DNA from: a virus
Taxonomy: Duplodnaviria > Caudoviricetes
IMG/VR virus record: IMGVR_UViG_3300042510_000902
Location: 1 to 30,964 of that record
Strand: one strand, 5' to 3'
DNA: 30,964 nucleotides
Shown here: positions 1 to 8,682 of the stretch, piece by piece
Layout: every line of letters starts with the position of its first letter
How positions within the stretch are numbered: the first letter of the stretch is position 1
The notes under the pieces: generated by a model
The model's input: only the letters and a program-made list of their open reading frames with translations
The model's database searches: none
What the model was told of the DNA's origin: nothing
Made by a program: the position numbers and the translations under genes

Positions 1-418
1 CACTTATGGCGTAGCAGCATTGAGTCAGGATCGGATCGTATGTTCCCGGCCCCGGAAGTAAAGAGCCAAGCATGGCAATTAAGATATCCTGCTCCAATGT
101 GAACAGCCCGATATCGTCAGCAAGCAGGGCGTTCGAGTCTGTGCCTTGCCTATCTGTCCGGCAAACATGCCATAGCGTTACGGCAAGAGTTCCCTGATAT
201 GGAACCACGTATTGACCACCGCCAGACTGTGCGGCGTAATCGAACGTGCCGCCTGGAATGGATACCGTCAACACATCATGGTCCTTCACGTTGGCTGGCA
301 ATTGATCTGCTCCAGCCATCACGAAGACGCGATGATTGTATTTGGTATTGGAAGCCTCCAGCAGAGTTCTAGCCCGCTGGAGGACTTCCTTTTTGGTGGT
401 GTGCCGAATTGCTCCCAC
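1..418 (-). CDS. Partial CDS running off the left end; virion protein, possibly tail completion/terminator-like
   Basis: My translation from GTG at 418 is open to the window edge (MGAIRHTTKKEVLQRARTLLEAS...LTVSIPGGTFDY...LAVTLWH...LFTLEQDILIAML); starts 2 nt after the stop of 421..966; not in the ORF track. Confidence 0.6.
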   Translation of the reverse strand, partial: MGAIRHTTKKEVLQRARTLLEASNTKYNHRVFVMAGADQLPANVKDHDVLTVSIPGGTFDYAAQSGGGQYVVPYQGTLAVTLWHVCRTDRQGTDSNALLADDIGLFTLEQDILIAMLGSLLPGPGTYDPILTQCCYAIS

Positions 419-420
419 AA

Positions 421-966
421 TTAGGCTCGCAGTTCACTTGCGAATAGTTCGCACCAGTCAACAAGAGCATTCTTGACCATGACTTGAGACTGAGTCGAAA
501 AGTACGGGATAGCGGCGTAGGCTGTTGTTTCCGTCAACGCCAGTGCAGGAGTACCGCCCGTCAGGCCAGCAATAGAGCGTGACAACTGAACGTCTTCCCT
601 CATCCCCTTGAGCGTGATCGTGTGTGTCAGGTTTGCCCCTGATCCTGACGCAGAAACAGTGGCTTGGCTGAATCCAGTTCCGGTCAGTGCCCGAATGGCG
701 GTTTGCAGAGTGGCAGCCGATGCGTTGTAGGCCAGCGTCAGGGTCTGTGCGGCGATGTCCACAGTGCCAGTGAACGTCAGTGTGTATGTGCCTCCTGTCG
801 GCGTTCCAGACACTGCCGCTGTCCAGACCTGAGTCGTCCCGCTGTCGGCAGTCGTCTTGAAAGTGTCAATCGCTGTCATCAGTGTATCGACGGCAGTTCG
901 TAGGGTTGTCTTGGCAGCCGTTGCTGGAGCATGTGCAAAGGCGGTCGTTGGGGTCATGTCAGCCAT
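421..966 (-). CDS. Putative virion/tail-associated protein
   Basis: Thr/Ala-rich; PTGGTYTLTF...LAYNASAATLQTAIRAL motif resembling ones seen in phage tail proteins; AAGGA RBS; tail module context. Confidence 0.6.
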   Translation of the reverse strand: MADMTPTTAFAHAPATAAKTTLRTAVDTLMTAIDTFKTTADSGTTQVWTAAVSGTPTGGTYTLTFTGTVDIAAQTLTLAYNASAATLQTAIRALTGTGFSQATVSASGSGANLTHTITLKGMREDVQLSRSIAGLTGGTPALALTETTAYAAIPYFSTQSQVMVKNALVDWCELFASELRA

Positions 967-981
967 TGAAGGAATCCTTTC

Positions 982-3108
982 CTATGAGTTCCAAGTCGTT
1001 TCCAGTGCACCGGATACGAAGATACTTGAAAGAGCAAATGAGTATTTTGTTGTGTCTGTAACCGGGTCGATTGTTCCGCCTGATGTTGTCGGAGCGATGT
1101 AGTCAGGAATGCAGAACTTGTGTTTTTCTGGCATGGCGTCCTGAGAATACTCAAGATCCATGTAGGAAGTATAAATCAGCGTTTGTCCGTCCGCCACAGG
1201 TGCTGGGTTCAAATGCTTAGTTGTCACGCCAATAAGCGTGTTTGTGACCGTTGGAGAGCCAGAACCAGTGACATAGGCTCCAGTTTCTGTAAACGATGCT
1301 ACGGGGTCCGGTAGCCGAGGTGGTGCACCGGCTCGTTCAGCTTCAATCCGAATGATTCGTGTTGGCTGAGATGGCCCAATTCCGACAACGACGTTTGACT
1401 GAAGCGTGTAGCCGTAGGTCTTGGCAACCGGCAGTGGCACTTTCAATGCCTTGTTTCCGTAACTGCTGGTTATGTTGTAGTGGCTGTACATGAACGTCTT
1501 GTGCTGACTGCTATACGTGGATGTCACGTCAGCATTGGCGATGTTGTCGTTAATCTCGACCGTGATTGCCTGCGGGTAGGCTTCGTACATTCCTTCTGTG
1601 TCGTAGTTCGGCTCTGACGCCTCGATGTCGTCAATACGCCGAATTCGCTCGGTAACGGTTGTGCTGTCTGGAACGGACGAAGGCGTTCCGAATTCCTGAG
1701 TACATGGCGTTGTCAGTAAGTTGTGAAGGATGCTGATTGCCGGAATGCCGCCCTCGGTGTCAGGCTGCTCCCCAGGTCTGTTTCCTTGACTCAGCACGTT
1801 GTTGTAATTCGATAGAAGTGGATTGACGTTGTCCTGAACTGGCCTCCACGCCAAACTTCGAGACATTGTCATAAATCGTTTCTCAATGGCATTTGCTCCA
1901 CCCTCGATTGGGAATCGAGATCCGGAGACAACCAGAGAAACCATGCGGGTTTGATCGGAACCCTGTTCGGTCGTGTAGTCGTATCGACGAATAAGAACTG
2001 CCGCCTTGTTGTTGGCGTCAATAACTTCCCCGAGAAACAGCCGCTGGTCAATGATTGCAGCCGCCAGCAACATCAGATCCGACATTGAGGCAAAGCGGTC
2101 TCCAGTCAACGCAACGCGAACACTGAATTCGACCTTTGCACCATGCTCAAGCCGTGCCTCATTATGGCTGATTTTTATTGTTCTGGCAGGGGCAGGGGCT
2201 GTAATGCCAACCTCTTCGTCAGTTACGGTGTACCGGATCGTTAGCCCGTCTTCGCTCGAAACGTAGTCGAACGCCTTACGCTGCATTCCCGGAACGACAG
2301 GCGGGACAGTGATCGCCCTGAAGTCGTGAGGACTCCAGTTTGGGTTCGATAGTGTCAGGCTTCCCGTGTATGTTCGTGTCGTGAATCCGCTGTCGCTGAT
2401 CCGGTCCATGCAGGACCACCGATGGCCGAGAATTCCGAGCTTCTTTTGCGTGCTTTCGAACTCGACGTTTTCCAGTGCATACGCGACCTGTTCTTCTGCC
2501 GGATCTTCAGGGTTTAGGCTTTCGCCATAAATCCTTTCAGCCGCCATGAATGTTGGATCAACGTGACACTGTGCCGTTGTCGCAAACTCGACTGTAAACT
2601 CAACACGCCAGACGTGATTGTTTGCTACGTGTGTGACGTTGGCTTCCTTGGGAAATGGCCCACCGTGCACATCGTGTCGCAGGTTGATAGTTCTCAGGTT
2701 ATCGCTGGCGTCTGTGTAGGTAGATCGTGGCGGTTCAATGACAAAGATCGGATCGCCAATAGCTGGGTCAAGTTGAACGCCTGATCCGTTGTCGGCTTGC
2801 TCGTCGACTGATCCAGTCGCAAGTGTTGAGTAAACCAGTCGGCGGCGAGGTTGCAGTAAAAACTTCCGTAGTGCTCCGAATTGCTGGCTGGCTCCCTGAT
2901 CAATCCCGTTGCCCGGATACGTTGAAAGCTGAGGGAATACACCGATCGTTTTGTGATCGGTCATCGTGAAGTAGCCAAGTACTTTCAGTGATGTCTTCGT
3001 GTACTGGTAGTTTCCGGCGTCGTCATTGACGGGAGTTTCAACAAAGCCCAAGGTCTGGACGTTCTGCAGCCGAATCCCGTTGTATTGCAGAATGGTCTGA
3101 GTTGTCAT
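982..3108 (-). CDS. Putative tail tip/baseplate-region protein (708 aa)
   Basis: Large beta-rich ORF directly after the tape measure candidate with TGATG coupling. Confidence 0.6.
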   Translation of the reverse strand: MTTQTILQYNGIRLQNVQTLGFVETPVNDDAGNYQYTKTSLKVLGYFTMTDHKTIGVFPQLSTYPGNGIDQGASQQFGALRKFLLQPRRRLVYSTLATGSVDEQADNGSGVQLDPAIGDPIFVIEPPRSTYTDASDNLRTINLRHDVHGGPFPKEANVTHVANNHVWRVEFTVEFATTAQCHVDPTFMAAERIYGESLNPEDPAEEQVAYALENVEFESTQKKLGILGHRWSCMDRISDSGFTTRTYTGSLTLSNPNWSPHDFRAITVPPVVPGMQRKAFDYVSSEDGLTIRYTVTDEEVGITAPAPARTIKISHNEARLEHGAKVEFSVRVALTGDRFASMSDLMLLAAAIIDQRLFLGEVIDANNKAAVLIRRYDYTTEQGSDQTRMVSLVVSGSRFPIEGGANAIEKRFMTMSRSLAWRPVQDNVNPLLSNYNNVLSQGNRPGEQPDTEGGIPAISILHNLLTTPCTQEFGTPSSVPDSTTVTERIRRIDDIEASEPNYDTEGMYEAYPQAITVEINDNIANADVTSTYSSQHKTFMYSHYNITSSYGNKALKVPLPVAKTYGYTLQSNVVVGIGPSQPTRIIRIEAERAGAPPRLPDPVASFTETGAYVTGSGSPTVTNTLIGVTTKHLNPAPVADGQTLIYTSYMDLEYSQDAMPEKHKFCIPDYIAPTTSGGTIDPVTDTTKYSFALSSIFVSGALETTWNS

Positions 3109-4787
3109 CAGTTGCCCCCATTCACTGGTCTACGCGGCCCGTTCAGTCGTCGTGCCGCGTCAATCATCCCTGCTGCATTTTGGCCGAAGACAGCGTCAAT
3201 ATCACCACGTAGATCCGGCATATCGGCTGCTGGATTGCGTAGCTTTGCGGCAGCTTTCCTCATGTTGGCCTCTCCCTGATCGCCAGGAACCCATTCAAGG
3301 ATTGCCGCCTGCAGATCCATCCCGACAGCAATGAGACTGTTGATATGTTCCAACAGAGTCGACAGGGCAGAGTCAACCATTGCGCCCCAAAGATTGCCAG
3401 CGTTTCCGGCGGCAGCTTTCCACGGCTGCATTGCATTTTCCAGCCGATTGAGTTGCCCGAGACGATCAGCCCCGAAGCCTCCCATTCTGTTGGCCATGTC
3501 AAACTTCCGCATTTCTCGATTCACTTCGAGTTGTGCGTTAGCATGGGCCAGCAGTCCGCTGTAGTTTGCCAGTGCAAATGTGGTCTGCAATGCAGTGTCA
3601 GCCAAACGATTCAGGCCAGAGATTGTGGCTTTGATGGCTGCCCCAATGAGCGGCAGTCCATAGGCCAGAACGCCGATTCCGATCGCTGCTGGACCAAGTG
3701 CAGCCCCGAACCGTGCCGCCGTTGCTGCCGGTATTCCGAACCGTCCGCCAACCTGAGTTGCCATGTTGACGCCAACCTGCCCGGCTGCTTGTCTCCACCG
3801 TGACGGAACTACGTTAGCAATTCCTCGCAGGACTGGCCGCATGAAGTTTGCCAAGCGTGTTGCCGTAGCAATCCCGCCCCTCCGTGTCCGGCTGCCTCGA
3901 CGGAACATCCCCCTGAACCGCTGCCATCGCGTCTGCGGTTGTGATGCAGTTCCGCCGTTGGCTGCCCCATTGGTTGCCTCGGTCAGGCGGTCGATTGATC
4001 TTCGCAGGTTATCCTGAGCCTCACGGGTTGCGTCTTCCGTCTCTCGTGGGACGTTGAAGTAATCTGCAAACGTGTCCATCAGCGTGGCTACTGCCGATGG
4101 TCGCTGTCCGTCTGCTCCCGGCTGTGGAATTACTCCACCGAGAATTGACGTCAGGTTGTTTGCCAGTGTGTCGAGGAAGCTCCGGTTTGCAATGTCAGGA
4201 CGCACGCCGAACATCCGCTGGAAGAACTCCAGAAGCCTGTTCAGGATGCTATCGTCGTCTTCCGGCTCGTCCGGCGGTTCCGGTGGCTGTCCGCCTCCCG
4301 GTGGAATTCCTCCAGCCCCACCAGATCCGGCAATGTCTTCGACGATCCGGCGTGCTTCTTCTGCCCGCTCTGCTGCACGGTCGGCGGTTGACTGCTGTCT
4401 CTCCTCGACCGTTGGTAGGTTGGCAGTTTCCCACCACGGCGGAAGTGGTTGTCGTGCAGGTGGCCTATTGAACCACGATGGAGGATTATTGAGGTCCGGC
4501 ACTTCGCCGTTTGGCTGAAATGGCTGGAATGTTGCTCCGGGTGTCACGTTGCCTGATCGTGTGACTGCTGGCGATTCAATAGGCCGCGTGCGTGATGTTG
4601 AGACAGTCCGGCGGATTGCATTGGTTAGCGGTGCAGTAACTCGTTCTGTGGTCGCACTGACCACGCTGGCAGCAAGTCGTTCTGTCGATTGCGTGATAGT
4701 TTGTTGCCATTGTGGGCGGTCGCCTGTAATGGCTTGACTCAGTCCCTCAATGGATTGTGCGATTGGGTCGCGGAGTGGTCTAGCCAT
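3108..4787 (-). CDS. Putative tape measure protein (short, Pro-rich N-terminus)
   Basis: Follows the frameshifted chaperone; Ala/Gly-rich helical C-half with a hydrophobic segment (AALGPAAIGIGVLAYGLPLIGAAI). Confidence 0.65.
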   Translation of the reverse strand: MARPLRDPIAQSIEGLSQAITGDRPQWQQTITQSTERLAASVVSATTERVTAPLTNAIRRTVSTSRTRPIESPAVTRSGNVTPGATFQPFQPNGEVPDLNNPPSWFNRPPARQPLPPWWETANLPTVEERQQSTADRAAERAEEARRIVEDIAGSGGAGGIPPGGGQPPEPPDEPEDDDSILNRLLEFFQRMFGVRPDIANRSFLDTLANNLTSILGGVIPQPGADGQRPSAVATLMDTFADYFNVPRETEDATREAQDNLRRSIDRLTEATNGAANGGTASQPQTRWQRFRGMFRRGSRTRRGGIATATRLANFMRPVLRGIANVVPSRWRQAAGQVGVNMATQVGGRFGIPAATAARFGAALGPAAIGIGVLAYGLPLIGAAIKATISGLNRLADTALQTTFALANYSGLLAHANAQLEVNREMRKFDMANRMGGFGADRLGQLNRLENAMQPWKAAAGNAGNLWGAMVDSALSTLLEHINSLIAVGMDLQAAILEWVPGDQGEANMRKAAAKLRNPAADMPDLRGDIDAVFGQNAAGMIDAARRLNGPRRPVNGGN

Positions 4788-4788
4788 T

Positions 4789-5354
4789 TCACTTGCCCTT
4801 TCGCTTTGCTGCGGAAACGGCTTTGGCTACCGTCGCCTCGTTCTCATAAAGTTGTTCGAAGAAATCTTTGCCGGGTGCACCGAACACGATCCCAATTCCC
4901 TGTGCTACTGCCATCGACTGCCAGGCTTGAACCTGCTCTGCGTTCAGGTAGATCCCGAATCTTCGTTCGTGCTCTGTTCTGAGGTCGAGTCGCCCAAGGC
5001 TGTCGGCTCCGTAGATGGCGGCGAGAACAGATTCTCCTCGCCACTTTTTTTTTGAAATCCAGAGTACGCTATGAATGACTTGAGCAGGTCAAGACACTCC
5101 AGTTCAGTCAGCCCGCGTTCTTCGACAGTGCCAACACCGAACACACTACGTGTCACGCCTGCGACTTTGCCGATGATCCTCTCGCGAAGTGCATCGACCT
5201 TCATCAGCTTGAAGTCATCTTCGCGGAAGTCTTCGTGCTGTTGCAGTGATCTCCAGAGGACCATCGGATCTGCGTAAACAGTCCGATGGCCGTTCCAGAA
5301 TTTGAACACGTAGCGGTTGCGGTTAAACAACCATCGAAGTATCAGATTGATCAT
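4789..5354 (-). CDS. Tail assembly chaperone, -1 frameshift (gpGT-like) product, about 188 aa
   Basis: After A AAA AAA the -1 frame reads KWRGESVLAAIYGADSLGRLDL...KAVSAAKRKGK to TGA at 4791-4789, 1 nt before the tape measure ATG. Confidence 0.8.
4944..5354 (-). CDS. Tail assembly chaperone (gpG-like)
   Basis: Lies between tail tube and tape measure; contains the slippery A-run at FQKKS. Confidence 0.8.
   Translation of the reverse strand: MINLILRWLFNRNRYVFKFWNGHRTVYADPMVLWRSLQQHEDFREDDFKLMKVDALRERIIGKVAGVTRSVFGVGTVEERGLTELECLDLLKSFIAYSGFQKKSGEENLFSPPSTEPTALGDSTSEQSTNEDSGST
5045..5053 (-). promoter_or_regulatory. -1 programmed ribosomal frameshift site (A9 run)
   Basis: Minus strand TTT CAA AAA AAA AGT fits the X XXY YYZ pattern at the canonical G/GT position. 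Confidence 0.8.
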
Positions 5355-5983
5355 GTTTCAACAGACTGTGAAGTACCAGCGTAGGTCGCGAAGTTTGTCA
5401 CAAGGTGACTGTTCTCAAGGAACAGATAAGTTTTTCCGTCACCAGACTGGCTCGTGTCAGTCGTGAACGGCATGGCTTCGATATCGAAGTCCCAGACTGT
5501 ATTCTTTGACCCAATCGGGAATCGGACAGGTCCGGAGTACCAGCAGTTTGGATAGTTCAGTGTCGTTGCAATCGTAACAGCCCCGGCGTCAGCAGCGGTT
5601 GCGGCAACGTCTGCCGCACCAAGTAACTGAATCTGAAACGCACGTTTGCCGCAAGACAGCAACCCGCCGATGTTCGTCAGCGTTCCGGCTGCCCCTGTGG
5701 ACCAGTTCGTGGACGCCTGACCTTCTCTCATCTTCTTCACAACAGCAATGCTGTATTCAACCAGCGATAAGCTGATTTTGGCTTTCTTGCCCATGAACTG
5801 CCGATCGACAGGAGGGCCAGCAGTTCCACCGTATTGATCGGAGTGGATTGGATTGGTGAAGAACTCTTCTTCAATCTGAACCCCTTCTGTGGTGTATCCA
5901 AGATTGACGAAACCGTTCGTGTCTCGAAGATTGATTTTTACCAGCACAGGGCCGGACACGTATGGGCAAAACAGACCAGTCAT
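5351..5983 (-). CDS. Major tail (tube) protein
   Basis: LGYTTEGVQI...IHSDQYG...KAKISLSLVEY pattern typical of tube proteins; position before the chaperone. Confidence 0.75.
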   Translation of the reverse strand: MTGLFCPYVSGPVLVKINLRDTNGFVNLGYTTEGVQIEEEFFTNPIHSDQYGGTAGPPVDRQFMGKKAKISLSLVEYSIAVVKKMREGQASTNWSTGAAGTLTNIGGLLSCGKRAFQIQLLGAADVAATAADAGAVTIATTLNYPNCWYSGPVRFPIGSKNTVWDFDIEAMPFTTDTSQSGDGKTYLFLENSHLVTNFATYAGTSQSVET

Positions 5984-5995
5984 GTTGGTAATTCC

Positions 5996-6499
5996 TTATG
6001 GATATCTTCGGCTTGGAAAGTAATGAGCACGATCACGCCAGAGGTTGAGGTTGTCCCACTCTGCGATTGTCGGCCCTTCGCTGCTGACTTCCCCGGCTAC
6101 TGTTGCCGCAGGCTCGTCAGCCGTGATGACGGAGTTTCCGTCCTGCAAGTCTTTAATACAGCCCTTGCGAATGTTTTCGTAGAATTGCAATACGTCCGGA
6201 TTTGATGTGGCCCGGCGTCGAAACAAGTGAACCATCGCGATCTCGCAGATGATTCTTTTGAACCACTCAAGGTCAGATCCCTCCAAGGCTGCAAGCTGTG
6301 CCGCCTCGTAGCGTCCGCCTTTCCTGAGTGCCGCTATGACCTCACCTTCAGCAGCACACAAGGCTTTATCAACACGCTGATTATCAGACACGTCGACCGC
6401 TGATCCATCGCTATTGTCATCGACGACAAGTTGCTGGATGTCACGCTCATCGAACGTGTCAATCAGATCAGTTGCTGTAACGTATGTTGGGGTCGGCAT
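5996..6499 (-). CDS. Head-tail adaptor, Mu gp36/DUF1320-like
   Basis: YVTATDL...DIQQL...VDKALCAAEGEV...RY...ICEIAMVHLFRRR pattern; downstream of the capsid gene. Confidence 0.75.
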   Translation of the reverse strand: MPTPTYVTATDLIDTFDERDIQQLVVDDNSDGSAVDVSDNQRVDKALCAAEGEVIAALRKGGRYEAAQLAALEGSDLEWFKRIICEIAMVHLFRRRATSNPDVLQFYENIRKGCIKDLQDGNSVITADEPAATVAGEVSSEGPTIAEWDNLNLWRDRAHYFPSRRYP

Positions 6500-6600
6500 C
6501 AGGATTCGTCCTGAGGTGTTCGTTGTGGTTTGTGGCTCAGAGCAACATTAGACAAGGATCACCACCCTTCCAGATTTCAAAAGAACTCGGTGTCTTTATG

Positions 6601-6638
6601 AAAAGGTGGTCAGCCGGGGAGGCGTCCGACTGACCACC
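6601..6638 (-). terminator. Intrinsic terminator after the major capsid gene
   Basis: 9-bp stem GGTGGTCAG/CTGACCACC followed by TTTT on the minus strand, 25 nt after the stop. Confidence 0.65.
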
Positions 6639-6662
6639 GTGCAACAGTCCGAAGACTGATGA

Positions 6663-7709
6663 TTACACTGCGTTCTGGAACATAACCGCAGTTTCTGGAG
6701 CAGTGAGGATGTAAACGTAATCCTCAACAACGCGGCCAGATGTTCGGCGGTTGTCCTTGTCCTTCTTCGTTTCTGCTGTCATTTCTTCATACATGAAGCA
6801 GGTCAGAGACGAGAAGGATGGTGCACCGTAAGTGCCTTCAAGTGAACCCGGACGGGCACAGATGAACGGCGTTGCGGTTGGCAGAACCTGAGACTTCGTT
6901 GAAGTAGCTCGCTTGCGTGATGTCACGCGGCGTGTCTTCTCAACGATCAGGTTCAAGCCGTACAACTGAGAAGGCAGACCGTAGAACGAGTTCTGGTTGC
7001 TCGTTCGCAGATCACCCCGAACTTGTGCCAGTGCATCAGGAGAACCCTTGATGTACTCGACGATCTCCTGACACTCAGCCAACTGTCGGGCCAAAGTGGA
7101 GTTGATCACCAGGTACAGGTCGTCGATGTCGACAGCCGCCAGCGTGTCGTCCAGAATCAGTTCGCGAGCCGTGTTCAGGCTGCGCTTGATGTCCTGACGG
7201 TTGCTGGTGGAAGCTGCCCAAGTGCCGGTGTTGCCGGACACTGCGGAGATATCCACGACGTGGCTGGAAATGTGGTTCCCAGTCGTCAGCATGGCGTTCA
7301 GAGCCAGCATCGTGCGGGCGGTCATCGCCTGCTGTGCCTTACGCTGAGCGTTCTGTGCGACGACGTCCCAAGTTGCCTGATCGACAGCCTTGTCACCGAT
7401 CGTGAAGGCCCACTGACGGCGAGCCGTCTGGAATGCCTTGTACTCGTGCTCCGAGGTGCCGTCTCGGCCACCCGGTGCGTTGTCGCCATCGTTCCACAGT
7501 GCATCAAGGGCGGTGTCGTCGAGGATTCGACCGCCTTCATCAATCGTGCACTTCAGGTAGTAGCCAATGCTCTTGGGAGCTTTGACGATCTGAGTGTACT
7601 TGTTGACGTCAAATTTCTTGACGTTGCGGCTGTAGTCGATGACAAGTTTCCCGCTCGCTTCATGCGATGGGACGAAGGTGTTATTTCCACCCGGTAGAAC
7701 AGCGGTCAT
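6663..7709 (-). CDS. Major capsid protein
   Basis: 348 aa, strong codon bias, AAAGGA RBS, follows scaffold and decoration genes, followed by a terminator. Confidence 0.8.
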   Translation of the reverse strand: MTAVLPGGNNTFVPSHEASGKLVIDYSRNVKKFDVNKYTQIVKAPKSIGYYLKCTIDEGGRILDDTALDALWNDGDNAPGGRDGTSEHEYKAFQTARRQWAFTIGDKAVDQATWDVVAQNAQRKAQQAMTARTMLALNAMLTTGNHISSHVVDISAVSGNTGTWAASTSNRQDIKRSLNTARELILDDTLAAVDIDDLYLVINSTLARQLAECQEIVEYIKGSPDALAQVRGDLRTSNQNSFYGLPSQLYGLNLIVEKTRRVTSRKRATSTKSQVLPTATPFICARPGSLEGTYGAPSFSSLTCFMYEEMTAETKKDKDNRRTSGRVVEDYVYILTAPETAVMFQNAV

Positions 7710-7760
7710 GTTGTGAATCCTTTCACAATTGTTTCAGAAAAACCCATTCAACTGGGCAGA

Positions 7761-8156
7761 TTAGGCTCCGAGGTATCCGAACAGGAGTCGCACGCGAACT
7801 GCTTCGCCAGCGGAACCTGATTCCAATGCAAGTGCTCCGTAGCAGTCCTTATCTGTGCTGGCTACAACGCCACCACCAGATGCGTCAGACTTGAGCAGGT
7901 CGCCCTGAGTGCAGCCACCAGATCCGATGATCAGAAGAACCGGGCGGTCTTCCTGTAGCCCGTCACCAACCATGTAGATGGTCACAGGATCGCCGGACGC
8001 TGCGGCGTATTCAGTTTGTGATGGCAGAGGGGCGTAACCGCTTGCCTCGCCAGAGACACCAATCATTCGCTCGCCTGCTCCGCAGGTTGCGACAGTGTTG
8101 GTGCCAGACCGCTTAACAAAGCGAGATGGGCCGATGTTGGCAGATGCCTTGAACAT
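7761..8156 (-). CDS. Capsid decoration/cement protein (DUF2190-like)
   Basis: Small Gly/Ala-rich protein with G.LLKSDASGG...GALALESGSAGEAVRV motif, just before the capsid gene. Confidence 0.7.
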   Translation of the reverse strand: MFKASANIGPSRFVKRSGTNTVATCGAGERMIGVSGEASGYAPLPSQTEYAAASGDPVTIYMVGDGLQEDRPVLLIIGSGGCTQGDLLKSDASGGGVVASTDKDCYGALALESGSAGEAVRVRLLFGYLGA

Positions 8157-8203
8157 GAGTGAATCCTTTCACTGGTGTATTCAATTGGTGTACAGACGCT
8201 CTT

Positions 8204-8220
8204 TGTCTCACCGTGAGACA
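8204..8220. repeat. 17-bp palindrome TGTCTCAC-C-GTGAGACA, copy 1 (parS-like)
   Basis: Perfect 8-1-8 inverted repeat, intergenic; identical copies at 19606, 22624, 29045. Confidence 0.85.
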
Positions 8221-8223
8221 GAA

Positions 8224-8682
8224 CTAGCCAGCGGTGTTCTTGCCGCTTTTCTTGTCTGCACAGTACCGTTCACGGGCAGTGACGTAGTCAACGTCATGCT
8301 TGCGTGCGTATTTCATAACGCCGTCAACGTCAGCGGCGGTCAGTTCGTCAACGCCGTTGCCGGTTTCAGGCAGTTCGCCCTGCTTGCCGACACCTGCGAT
8401 CGCTGAGAAATCAGCAACAGCAGACGGGCTTTTTCGAGCGTACTTTTCAATGTCCTGAAGATCAGCGGTGAACTCGTCTTCCGTCTGAACTTCAGCCTTC
8501 TTCATGTAGCGTTCCATGTTGAACTCGAAGCCTTCAGACTTCAGCTTCGACAACTTGCCGTATCGCTGAGATCCGAGAAGCTGAGCCTTCATGCTCGCGT
8601 TCTCTGCTTCGAGTGCGTTGAGTCGTGCTTCCAGAGCCTGCAGCCCTGCTGACTTGGAGTACTGTTCTTTCTCGTCGGCCAT
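8224..8682 (-). CDS. Nested in-frame scaffolding protein (152 aa)
   Basis: Internal ATG at 8682 (MADEKEQYSKS) preceded by AAAGGA, at the start of the coiled-coil region. Confidence 0.55.
   Translation of the reverse strand: MADEKEQYSKSAGLQALEARLNALEAENASMKAQLLGSQRYGKLSKLKSEGFEFNMERYMKKAEVQTEDEFTADLQDIEKYARKSPSAVADFSAIAGVGKQGELPETGNGVDELTAADVDGVMKYARKHDVDYVTARERYCADKKSGKNTAG

Noticed and set aside
4844-5044. 66-aa ORF from the track as the chaperone extension
   Set aside because: It is the +1 frame; the -1 frame runs exactly to the tape measure start and looks protein-like
7023-7697. 224-aa plus-strand ORF opposite the capsid gene
   Set aside because: Antisense shadow of a strongly codon-biased gene; no motifs, unlike the HNH case
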